NCBI GenBank assembly: GCA_964016885.1
Contig: OZ024742.1
Coordinates: 294,004,001 to 294,068,000, forward strand
Reading direction: 5' to 3'
Source of the DNA: Eledone cirrhosa
Taxonomy: Eukaryota
Length of the DNA stretch: 64,000 nt
The notes beneath the pieces were generated by a model. It did not search any database. It was not told the origin of the DNA and worked only from the letters and a program-made list of their open reading frames with translations. The position numbers and the translations under genes are program-made. Shown here piece by piece: positions 10,974 through 23,368 of this stretch; position 1 is the first letter of the stretch, and every line of letters starts with the position of its first letter.

Positions 10974-13900
10974 GGCCTGGTGATTTTCACAAATGTAATT
11001 AGAATGGTGTGAGGGGACTAAACGTTCCTATCATTAAAGTACTCAAGAAACCTATCGTGCAACCTCATAGGCTGGTTAGACCATTTCAAGTAAGTGTGCC
11101 ATAACAAAAATTAGAAATGCAATGCTGGTTGTTAATGTGAAAAATCAAAGGTTTGCTTGGAATTGCAATGTGGAAAATAGAGATTTGGAATAGTAACCTG
11201 TGAAAGCACCAAAATGTCAGTTTACAGGATGGATCTATTTTATTTATTTATTTATTTATTTATTTTTTTTTTTTTTTGGAGGGGTGGTGGTGCCAAGAAA
11301 CAATTTTACCTTTTAAGAAATGCAAGGTACAATTCAATCTGGAGGAGCTTGCAATATCTGAAACGGTCTTCAAAAAAAATCTGAAATTGAAAATTTTATT
11401 TCTAATTGGAAAATGTCACAAGGTTTTGAGTCAACACAAATTCCAGTTGTTTCTATATTGAAAGCAATCTGCAGTTTGGAAATATAAAGTTCAAACATCT
11501 TTCATTACAGAAGTTGTATATAATCCGAGTTGTTACTAAGTATCTTGTAAATGATACACGCTATAAATGTAAAACTATGAAGTTTCTTGAAGTCAAATAC
11601 AAAGTGCCTGAATATGATAGTGATGGGTTTTTGAAGAAAACCATAGTAATATACTATGTTTGGATGATTTTTCTGCTACATCAAGAGGAGCTGTAATTTC
11701 TGTATAGCATCATATAAAGTTTAAAAGTGCAAATTGTTCAGTCTATCCTGTTCATCGGAGGTGAGCAACTTTTTACTATCTTCCAATGCAGTCTTTTTTT
11801 TGTTTGCATTGACTTGTTTAATTAAACGTGTATTTCCTGTTGAGATGGGCTTTGGTTTGCAGCTAACCATGTTTCAATTTGAATTAGTTTTAATGAGATA
11901 TGCTCTGTTTCCTCAAGGTTCACTTAAGGTGTGCTTTATACTCTTTTTATACATTCACATGCTAGTTACTGTTACCTAACAACCATTCTTGCAATACCTT
12001 TAAATGGTGTCCAGCAGTGACGGGATGATTATGACCTTTCTGACAGTATCTGCTGAATTCAATAATTAAGAATACTACGCGTCAGCATATAGTTTAGAGA
12101 AACATTACAACTGGATCTTCTTTGCCCACTTACTCCAATGGGTCCTGGATCCCCAAGCAAGACCAGCAAAGCCCATGGATGTTTCTAACCATCTTGCTCA
12201 GGATCTACTCCTGGGTCTCCAGCTGAGTGTATGTATAAATTTGAATTTAAAGCCAGAAGCAAAAGAGCACTTTCAATTATTTAGCTGACTTCACTGTATA
12301 TATTCAGTGGCTATAGCAGTTCCTGTTTACATAATCCAGTGGTCTGATCTACAGTTCCAGCAAAGGAATGATGCCCAATTGGGGTTTCTTGCAAGGTAAT
12401 GTTTTTAAGTGGAAGGGGAATTAAATTTTTAGTTGGTAATAAATTGGTATTTTACAAACATGGCTCTTGCTTTCATTTTTTTTTTTTTTTTTTTTTTGCA
12501 CCACAAAATGCTAAGTGCAGTCTCACAGGTCCTTAAATGCATTTCTTTCTAGATTTGTGTTGACCTAGTTCCTGCTTATAAATAGTTCAATGTGTGTGGG
12601 AGTATTATTTTTTTACAGTTGCTGTCTAGTGGAAGAAACTAAAGGGATGGAAAATGTGTGTGGGGTCCAGCTGATATTTCGAAGTCAATACTTTGAAATT
12701 AGAGATAAAGAACTGGCACAATTGTTTGCAGTGGTGGGTAGGAGAAAAACAAGACTGAGAAAAGGAGTGGGGATTGCCCAACTGGTATTTGATATTTTTT
12801 TTTTTTTAAAGCTTGACAGGTCTAGATTAGAACAGTAATAACATTAACAATTCATGAATGTGTAGTAAGGACTACAAAGTTTGCTTATTATGCTACGTCT
12901 AACTAATAGTTTCGCTGAGCTGGGTATTATAACTAGTTCTGTTAATCACATTGTAACTGACACTAATTAATGATCAGGTACAGTTAGCATGATAAAAGTG
13001 AAATAGGTAATTTTGCAAAATGTTAAATTGTTCTGGTACAAAGCAAGTAAATCAAGGTACAGCTCAACCATTTGTATTTTGATATCAAATGAAAGAATGG
13101 GGTGCAATAATCATTAAGGTTAACTCACTACTTCATTCCATGTGTAACTAAGTCTACATCTAAAATTTGGAATTAGTCAAAAGTTTTAATTAAAGGAGCA
13201 GTTGGTTTCTACAGCTGGATACCTTTCCTATTGCTTACCATTTTGTTATGGCACCAACATCTGAAAGAAGGGTTTTCAAAAGCTCTGCATTAAAATAATG
13301 CTTTCTTGGACTAAAAGCTATCAGTTTCACCCCTTGGCCCAGTTCAAAGAGTTTTCCCCCCACCTCTAATATGTAAATGTTTGTAGATATGTCAACCACA
13401 ACTCCATATGGGAAGGAGTCTCCAGAAATGTAATATACAGGCTGGGAGTATGTACTCAGCTTCTGGTCTGTGAAAGAAAAAAAAGAGAGCCTAGTATAAG
13501 ATCAAAACTAACCACTTTAGAATTATATGCATATTCACCAAAAGATTACCTGTTTCTGACAAAGTTTTGAAATTCAGACATTAAATTCATCTATTTTTAA
13601 TTACTACAAATAATAAATATAACCTTGTCCTTACCTCACCTTACTCTAAAATGAAAAAGACATTGGATAATCTGAGAAAAGTATTTTAATTTTGTACTGG
13701 CATTTAAATAATGTATACATTCCTCTATTGCAAAGGTTGGATGGGTTTGTACACCAAATCAGTAGACACAACTGAGGGATTTCTGGCTTGATTATCAACT
13801 ACCTTACTGGATGTAACCGTTTTAATTAAAACAATTCAGTTCTAAATTTCTTTTTTGCTGGCTATACTGTATGTTGTCATTCTCCTGAAACATTGATTTG

Positions 13901-14480
13901 CAGATACTGTTAATACCCACTGACCTCAGTAGTCAACTAGTAAAGTTTCCATTTTGATGGACCAGGGGAATTAAATCTTGTAATTTTTAATCTCATAAAT
14001 CGGTTGCTCTCTGTACACATTTAAATGTTGGCTGCCACATTACTTAGTAGCTCCTCCACTATATTTTTGATGTACCTACGCAGTGCATTTAATGGCGTTT
14101 GATTTGTACCCATGATTTTTTGTTGAACGATTGAGCAAGTATAATAAAACTTTTAGATGAGATGCGTTATATTGTAATTTTGAGTCGAAAAAAGATGGCA
14201 TAGTTTTCCACATATCTGGAAAAATATGAAGAGATGATAACTGTTTAGTAGTCAAGAAACCTGCTGAAGGATTGGCCACATAGTGAAATCTTTGTTAGAT
14301 GATGTTGAGGAATGTTCAGCATTGTATTTCTCATTTATAGGGGAGCCAATAGGAGGGGCTATGCCTGCTTTTTATAGTGAAGTCAAGTGGTGGCTGCTAA
14401 AATGAAAATAGCAAAAAATAATGCTGTAGCAGTTAGTGAGACCAGATAACTGAGGAGCAGAAACCATATTGATAAAGAAA

Positions 14481-14826
14481 GGAGGCACATGGCTTAGTGG
14501 TTAGAGCATTGGCCTTGCAATCGAAACGTTGTGAGTTCAATTCTCAGACCGGGTGATGTGTTGTTTCCTTGAGCAAGACACTTTATTTCACATTGCTCCA
14601 GTTTACTCAGCTGTAGAAATGAGATGATAGGGACTGGGGTCCCTATCATTCCACTGCAAAGTGGACGTGTAGGCGCCATGGTAAAAAAGCACCCAGCACT
14701 CACTGTAAATGAGGTTGGTGTTAGGAAGGGCATCCAGCTGTAGAATTCAAGCCAGAATCAGTTCCCGTCCCACCCTTGCAAGCAGGGAAAAGTGGACGTA
14801 AAATGAAATGAAATGATGAAATGATG
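14481..14826 (+). mobile_element. tRNA-derived SINE family A (RTE-type tail)
   Basis: A-box TGGCTTAGTGG, B-box GAGTTCAATTC, central CCTTGAGCAAGACACTT, and a tail nearly identical to the RTE 3'UTR at 60847-60940. Confidence 0.88.
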
Positions 14827-17080
14827 AAAGGAATCGGCACATGGGTTGTAGAGTATTTATGAGTAACTTCATATGCTAGAAGAGATACTCTGTAAAATAC
14901 CTAGCTTCAAATGTTCACTTGAGATTTCTATAAGCATAGTAACTTTCAGAAGCTGAATTATTTGCAGATTCTCAAGAAGAATATGTTTTAGGTATGTGGT
15001 TTTATTGATTACAAAAAACTGCCCTATTGCTCATAAAGTGAACTCAATTATGATGTATCAAAACCTGTGGTCTGGTCAGAATGGTGTGAAGAGTGTTTCT
15101 TGTCTACACTGCTGAGACAACAATGTCCCATCTCAAGAAATGTTTTTGAGGAAATACAAGTTTGTATGTGGGTGCAGAAGAAAAAGGAATGGTGCTATCA
15201 TTAGCCCTGGTTTGAAATTGAAATATCTGATTAGGCTTTCATACTGGCTGTATGGTGTAGACATAGCTGGCACCCTTGGTTAGCTGTACAAAATCTATAT
15301 CATGCTCTCAAAATAATTTTAACTTAGTTTTGAGACTTCTTTGTCTAACCACATTAAGAAAAGCCTGCATTTTCCACTACACAGTTCACACTTACTCCAA
15401 ATCCTGTTTCATGTACCATACAACCCTCTCCACCACTTTGGATATTTCTATGACACTACTACATGGCAAAGATGTTTTGCAATTTATTTAATGATCTGAA
15501 GGCATTACGACATATTTAATTTAATTATACAAATTTGTAGAAAACGGCTAGATTTACTCTAAACATCCTGTATGACATGAGCAAGACATTTTGGAAAGAA
15601 AACAGCACTATGACAGCATCATATAAAAATTAAAGTCTATATTAACCCTTTAGCATTCACATTATATATATACTATATTTTCATGGTAAATGCTTTATCT
15701 CACAAAATATCGAATCTGAGATTTTGAAAGTATTTATTTTGAGAACAATACCGTACATCAGTTTGAGTGACCAGTTTCAGTAGAGAATTCTGGCCGGTTT
15801 GAACATTAAAAGGTTAAATTTACAGCAAATTTTCACTGACCCGTCTAGTAGATACTATTTAAAGTTGCATTTGCTAAATTATTACAGGATATTAAAAGTT
15901 AAGCAATACACCTCATTTGTGCTCTAAATGATTGTCTAGTAGGTCTAAAGGAAGCGTCTGAGTAAAGAGAAATAACATTTTACCTAAAGTGTACTGTGGA
16001 AGTACTTACAAAGAAATGTTTGAGAAGTCAAAGGTAGGGGGGTTCTACTAATTTGGTTAGGACTCAGAAATAGCTGCAATTTGTGGAGTGAAAGCTTGAG
16101 AGATGTGTATGATACATGAAGGCATCTTGTATTTTGAACAGAATCATATTTTAACCCTTTGCCATATTTCTAATGAAAGACATTACCTAGGATTTTCAAA
16201 TAATTTAAAAAATACTCAAGAATGGTGTATATATGAATATAACTAACCATTATTAAACTTGTATTTAGAGCCTAACTTATAAAAGGTTTCTTGATAAAAT
16301 TATGATAGATAAATATAAACATTTGTATAGTTCAATAATAACAATTGGAAGCAGCAAACTAGCAGAGTTGGATAAAATATTTAGTATTTTTTCTGGCTCT
16401 CTTAGACCTGAGTCAACTTTGCCTTTCATCTTTTTAAAGTCAATAAATAAAGTATTTTTCCAGTCCTGGTGTTGATTCTTCTTTTTCACACTTTATATTT
16501 TTCATTCTGAAAGAAATCAGCTGCCTTCAGACCTGGAGAGGGATGGGATCCACCAGGATTAATAAGTTGCGATGGCATCCCTACAACTCCAAATGTTAAA
16601 CAAAAACACTGTTCCTGTGATTCTCATCGACAATATACCAACTCACTAAAATCAATTTATCCAGAAAATATGACTGGTTCTATGAAACAAAATCACCCAT
16701 TTTGCAGAGTTCCTATTTAAATGAAAATCTTCCAACATAATTTGATATAAGAGCCTTTTAGATAAGTTATATTACAAGTACCATCTTAATGTTTCTTTAA
16801 TTAATTAGCATACTTATATAATAAAGTACCGGGTTATTGATGGCCTTGTGCCAAAAGTAGAAACAATTAATTAGCATACTGTGTTTCATTAGAAACATGG
16901 TCATGAAAAACATTAAGGGACCTAAGAAATTCATCATTATAAACACAATACGAAGGACCAATAAGAAAATATGAAGCATTCTTAATCCTTTCGCATTTAA
17001 ACTGGCCATATCCGGCCAGAATTATCTCACCTCTTTCTGTTCAAACTGGCCATAACCAGCTGCTCATGCTTATGCTAAGG

Positions 17081-18798
17081 ACTGGCATAGCAGCATCATC
17101 GTTAACTGTTATAAGGGTAAAGGAGATGCCCTAGATAGGAGTAACTATACAGGCATTAAATTATCGACCAGGTCATGAAGGTCACGGAAAAAGTAATTTA
17201 AGATTACTTAGCTTTTGTCGACTTGGAGAAAGCCTTCGACAGAGTCCCCCGTTCCATTATCTGGTGGGCTCTTAGAAAACTAGGTGTTGACGAATGGCTT
17301 GTGAGAGCTATACAAGCCATGTGTAAAGAAACAGTGAGCAAAGTTAGAATTAACAACGAATATAGTGAAGAGTTTAGCGTAAAAGTTGGCGTCCATCAGG
17401 GCTCTGTTCTCAGCCCCCTACTATTTATTATTGCTCTTCAGGCTATAACAGAGGAGTTCAAGACCGGCTGCCCATGGGAACTCCTATACGCAGACGACCT
17501 GACGCTCATAGCTGAATCAATGGCCGAGCTAGAGAAGAAATTCCAAACATGGAAGCACGGCCTAGAATCAAAAGGACTTAAAATTAACCTGGCTAAGACT
17601 AAAGTTCTAGTTTGTAGGAAAGAAAATAAGGTGGCGGTCCCTTCTGGGAAATGGCCATGCTCAGTGTGTAGGAAAGGCGTAGGTAGAAACTCCATTTTAT
17701 GTCCCAAATGCAAAGTATGGATGCATAAAAGATGTAGTGGGATCACAGGTAAGCTAACTAAGAACATAGATTTTACATGTGGCCGGTGCTCTGGTGCAAT
17801 AAGTAGCAGCAAGTGCCCACAAAATACTAGCTCTTTCAATTGCGCAGAGGGTTCTATAGAAATAGTGGACAGCTTCCGTTACCTGGGCGATAAAATCAGC
17901 AGTGGGGGAGGGTGCTCTGAAAGTACAGTAGCTAGAGTCAGAACTGGTTGGAAAAAGTTCAGAGAGCTTATACCACTATTAGCTGCTAAAGGGTTCTCCC
18001 TAAAAATGAAAGGCAGGTTGTATGATGCCTGCATACGAACAGCAATGTTGCATGGCAATGAGACCTGGGCATTGTGTGCAGAGGATATACGCAGACTAGA
18101 GAGGAACGAAGCTTGCATGCTCCGCTGGATGTGTAACAGTAATATACATGAACGGCAAAGCATAAACGAACTAAGGAAAAAATTAGAAATAAGAGGGATC
18201 AGATGTTGTTTACTCGAGAGAAGGCTACGTTGGTATGGACACGTGATGCGCATGAAAGTCGATAGCTGTATAACAAAGTGCAGGGCAATAAAGATAGACG
18301 GTAGCCATGGAATAGGCAGACCTGGGACGAGCTGATAAACTCCGACCTCACACACTTACACCTCTCCAAGACAATGTCACTGGACCGAGACCTTTGGCGG
18401 TACTCAGTAACAGAGAAGACCCGCCTTACCTAAATACATAGTAAAACCTACTACAGCCAGTAGGCATCTCTAACAAAATACACCCCATCCACACCACCCC
18501 GTTCTATGTAAAGATATGTTGGTGCCGCGCCATCCAGGCCGAAACAAATGAGATCGTGTAGGTGTCACGACAAAAAAACACAGTCCACGCTGTAATGTGG
18601 CCGTGTAGGCAACACGGTAAAAACCTCCCAGCCCCACACTGTAAATGTGGTTGGTGTTAGGAAGGGCATCCAACTGTAGAAAACCTGCCAGACAGTCCTA
18701 TGCGAGCAAGACAATCACTCTTGCCTCAAGTGGGAAAACCCCGTCCAAACCCATGCAAGCGTGCAACACGGACGTTAAACGTTGATGATGATGATGAT
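17081..18798 (+). mobile_element. 5'-truncated RTE-type LINE nested in a TTAA-MITE
   Basis: DLEKAFD, QGSVLSP, YADD, a PHD-like Cys cluster, RLRWYGHV and a (GAT)n tail; internal deletion near 17200. Confidence 0.9.
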
Positions 18799-19257
18799 TG
18801 TTCTCAAAATCTCATAGATTCAATATTATGTGAAATATAATGATTACCATGAAAATGCTAAAGGGTTAAACAGTTCAAGCATAGTTATGGTTTAATAATA
18901 CATTTAACCATTATGATACCATATTTCTAATGAAAATAATACAGAATTAAAACAGATTTAGTAATAAAATTAAGTTACAAATTATTAAGGTGGTGTTTGG
19001 AATATAAAATTTAATGGGTTAAATGTTACAAAAACAGCTTTGTACAGAACCACATGGCTTAGTGGTTAGAGTGTTCGTCTTACAATCGTGAGGTTGTGGT
19101 TCAATTCCCGGACCAACTGTTGTGCCAGCCCCTCTGCATCCACCAAGGTGTTGCGTCGAATGAGAGTAAGGCTCTAGTGGCAGGCGGAGGACATGTCCGT
19201 ACCAGTGCATGAGGTGGGAAGCTGATGTGTGCACTTACACAACTCTGTTGGAAACGT

Positions 19258-22012
19258 GGTGATACGAAGGACCCCATAGCCAGTGACAAATTTAAAAGCT
19301 TATTACTTGATGCCTTTGACAATAAGGAAGAGCAATTAGAGATGTGCGATATAGAGGAACTGGCAATTCGCGAAAGTGAACTTGCTGAAAGCAACGGATG
19401 AAATCTGTGGCTGGAGCAGACCTATTGGCAGGAAGAGAGTAACTTGGTGGTGGAACAGTAAGGTAGAAGAGACAATCAAGGCTAAAAAGCAGGCTTGGAA
19501 AGTATGGCAGGATGGAGGAAGTAGAGAGCACTATCAAGTGGCTAGGAGACAAGTGTACCTTGCAAAAAGGGAAACAGAGGATAGAAAGTTGAAGCATGTT
19601 CTACAACGTGAGGTGTTCAGGATTGCTAGACAATGTGTCAAGGAAAACCGTGAAATTGTCGGGGAGAAGTGTGTCCGTAATGATAACGGTGTACTTGCCC
19701 TCACTGATACTGATAAGAAGATAGCCTGGAAGTGTCACTACGAGAGACTATTAAATGAGGAGAATAAAAGGGAAAAAGATAGTCTGCCCCAAATCGATCC
19801 AGCAGTGCAAGTTAAAGGTAGTATAATAAGTAAGGCAATCAAAGATATGAAGACAGGCAAGGCAGCTGGGCCTTCGGAGATAGTTGCTGAGATGTTGAAG
19901 GCATCTGGTATGGTGGGACACACTATGGTCACCTGTATAGTTAACTAAGTAATACAGAATGGGGTCATACCGAAAGACTGGTGTAGCAGCATTATCATTA
20001 ACTGCTACAAGGGTAAAGGGGATGCTCTAGATAGGGGAAACTATAGAGGCATTAAGTTATTTGACCAGGTCATGAAGGTCACAGAAAGAGTTATAGCACA
20101 ACTAATCAGAGCGAATTGATCTAGATGAAATGCAGTTTGGGTTTGTGTGAGGTAAAAGTACCACAGACGCTCTTTTCCTTGTTCGACAACAAGAGAATTA
20201 CCTAGCTAAAAGTAAACCCCTCTACTTAGCTTTTGTAGACCTGGAGAAAACTAGGTGTAGATGAATGGCTTGTGAGAGCTTTACAAGCCATGTATAATGA
20301 AACAGTTAGTAAGGTTAGAATTAACAATGAATATTGTGAAGAATTTAGCGTAAAAGTTGGCGTTCATCAAGGCTCAGTCCTTAGCCCCCTCCTATTTATT
20401 ATTGCCCTTCAGGCTATAACAGAGTTCAAGACCGGCTGCCCATGGGAACTATATGCAGATGATCTAACGCTCATAGCTGAATCAATGGCTGAACTACAGA
20501 AGAAATTCCAAACATGGAAGCATGGCCTAGAATCAAAAGGCCTTAAAGTTAACTTGTCTAAGACTAAAGTTCTAGTTTGTAGAAAGGAAAATAGGGCACA
20601 GGTGCCCTCAGTGAAATGGACATGCTCAATGTGTAGGAAAGGAGTAGGTATAAATTCCATTTTATGTCCCAAATGCAAAGTATGGGTACATAAAAGATGT
20701 AGTGGGATCACAGGTAAACTATCTAAGAACGTATACTTTATATGTGGCCGATGCTCAGTCAGGTGCAATAGGTAGCAAGTGTCCACAGGATACTAGCCCC
20801 TTCTATTGCCCAGATGGTTCTATAGAAATAGTAGACACTTTCTGTTACCTGGGTGACGAAATCAGCAGTGGTGGATGGTGTTCTGAAAGTACGGTAGCCA
20901 GAGTCAGAACGGGATGGAAAAAGTTCAGAGAGCTTATACCGCTGTTGGCCACAAAAGGTTTCTCTCTAAAAATGAAAGGCAGATTGTATGATGCCTGCAT
21001 ATGGACAGCAATGCTACATGTCAGTGAGACATGGGCATTGTGTGCAGAGGACCTGCGCAGACTGGAAAGGAACGAAGCATGCATGCTCCGTTGGATGTGT
21101 AATAGTAATATACGTGAATGGCAAAGCATAAATGAACTAAGTGAGAAATTAGGAATAAGAGGGATCAGATGCTGTTTACTTGAGAGAAGACTACGTTGGT
21201 ATGGCCACATGATGCTCATGAAAGACGACAGCTGCATAAAAAAGTGCAGAGCGATCAAAATTAATGGTAGTTACGGAGTAGGGAGACCCAGAAAAACCTG
21301 GGACGATCTGATAAATTCCGACCTTACACACTTGCACCTCTCTAAGACAATGTCACTGGACCGAGATCTTTGGCACTACGCAGTAATACAGAAGACCCGC
21401 CTTGCCTATGTAGAAAGCGAAACCTACAGTCAGTAGGCACCTCCTAACTAAATATACACCCCAATCCACTACCCCTACCCTATCCTCCCACTCCCACCAA
21501 CACCACCCCCTCTCTCTAAAGTTGGTACCACAACATCCAGTCCAAATAAATGAAATAATTGTTTCTACTTTTGGCACAAGGCCAGCAATTACCCAATGTA
21601 TTACTGGTACTTTATTTTATCGACCCCGTAAGGATGAAAGGCTAAGTTAACCTCGGCGGGATTTGAAATCAGATTATAAAGGGCCGAAACCCTTTGCTGC
21701 AAAGCATGGCGTCCGACCCTCTATCGATACTGCCGAAATAATGAGATCGTGTAGGTGTCACGACAAAAAAAAAAAAAAACTACTCGCAGTCCACGCTGTA
21801 ATGTGACCGTGTAGGTAATACGGTAAAAAGTTCCCAGTTCCACACCGTAAATGTGGTTGGTGTTAGGAAGGGCATCCAGCCGTAGAAAGCCTGCCAGATA
21901 GTCCTGTACGAGCGAGATACGGTCACCCGACCAACCTTGCCTCTAGTGGCACAACTCCCGTCTAACCCATGCTAGCGTGGAAGATGTACGTTAAACGATG
22001 ATGATGATGATG
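19258..22012 (+). mobile_element. Decayed RTE-type LINE (frameshifts, stops) with a SINE in its 3'UTR
   Basis: TWWWN, KAAGPS, YRGIKL and YADD fragments across several frames; (GAT)n tail. The 3'UTR is nearly colinear with the 17081 copy. Confidence 0.9.
21553..21735 (-). mobile_element. SINE family B inserted in RTE 3'UTR
   Basis: Reverse complement of the family B consensus; it interrupts sequence that is contiguous in the 17081 RTE copy. Confidence 0.85.
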
Positions 22013-23193
22013 AAATATCAATACTCACACCTAGGTCTCAGGTCTCAAATAATCGCTCCCCACCCAATCCTTATTAAATTTTGCTAATCTATCTCCAGCA
22101 AATTTTATTTTAAGTGGTAGCATTCCTGTGACAATTAATTTTCTTTATACATTATACACTACAAAAAATCCCATACGTTATAAAATAAATAGGATGGGTT
22201 GGGGTCTCAATATGTAAACTAAACGACTAATTGTGGTTCTTAAAAACAATCAACAGAGAACACCTAGAAATTACTCCCCACATTACTTGGGACCCAAGTG
22301 TAAATTGAATTTTTGATTAAAGAAAATAGTCAAATAATGGTTTCTGATTTAGGCACAAGGCCAGCAACTTTGGGGGAGGGGAAAGTCGATGAAATCGATC
22401 CCATCAGTACTTTATTTTATCGACCCCGTAAGTATGATAGGCAAAGCTAACCTAGGTGGGATTTGAACTCAGAACGTAAAGGGTCGTATCTATATGCTGC
22501 AAGACATGTCCGACTTTGTAACGATACTGCCAATGCACCACCCTTAGTCGACTAACAATGTTTATAAGCCGTTATTAGGAGACTATTTCTGTTGTCAAAA
22601 ATAAGCTACTAATTCAAGTCAATTTTCATATTTATTTAAACAAGATTGGTTGACTTAGGAAGCATTGAGAAATTTGATATTATAGTCGCCATAATGTAAA
22701 TAATTATAATAATAGACAGAAAATAGATAGTCAAATGTACTTTACTTGATTTATTCCTCTATTATTTAGTTATGAAATGTAGTGATCTGCAATAATTTAT
22801 ATTTTTATATATATACACAGTTTTACGCGTATGTGTACATATAACGTTTAAACCATTTAAATATATTCATCAATATCAAATACATAAATATAATATATAC
22901 ATACTACCGAAGCGACAAATACTATACATATATAAACAACAAATATATCCACAACAATATCCATCTGTGTGCTATATTTGGCCTGCTGTTTCTTACGTAG
23001 GTGTTCTTTGAAATATAAAACCAAAAATATATTTGTTAACTTTTTAAAAAGAAATTAACAACAAAACATTGAACGACAATTTGAAAAGTAGGAGCTAATG
23101 ATGCAGAAGAGAATAAGAAATAATTACCATTATATTAAACGACATTTTCAATAGGAATATGTCAATCAACATTTTGGAAATATTCTTGAAAAT

Positions 23194-23240
23194 CCCGCAA
23201 AATATTTCGCGGGGTTACCAAGGTATTGACGCATGCGCAG
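23194..23240 (+). promoter_or_regulatory. Putative CEP76 promoter: palindromic E2F-like pair, RFX X-box-like site, NRF1-like site
   Basis: CCCGCAAAATATTTCGCGGG (23194-23213), GTTACCAAGGTAT (23214-23226) and CGCATGCGCA (23230-23239) lie 65-110 bp upstream of the ATG. Confidence 0.5.
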
Positions 23241-23305
23241 AGTAACGCGGCCATTTTCGAAAGCACGTCGGATAAGTTTTGCAGAATGGAAATGTCTTGA
23301 AAAAT

Positions 23306-23368
23306 ATGGATTTAAAATCAGACAAAGTAATTCAATTGAAGCAGAGGGTCCAGAATCATTTATCTCAG
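23306..23368 (+). CDS. CEP76: CEP76 coding exon 1
   Basis: MDLKSDKVIQLKQRVQNHLSQ|GTAAAG aligns with the CEP76 N-terminus (MSLPPEKASELKQLIHQQLSK); phase 0. Confidence 0.8.

Noticed and set aside
14481-14555. tRNA gene
   Set aside because: tRNA-like SINE head; no acceptor stem closure, and it continues into the SINE core.
14494-14733. Recurring 79-aa ORF (also 34767 and 39299)
   Set aside because: Antisense reading of SINE A, not a gene family.
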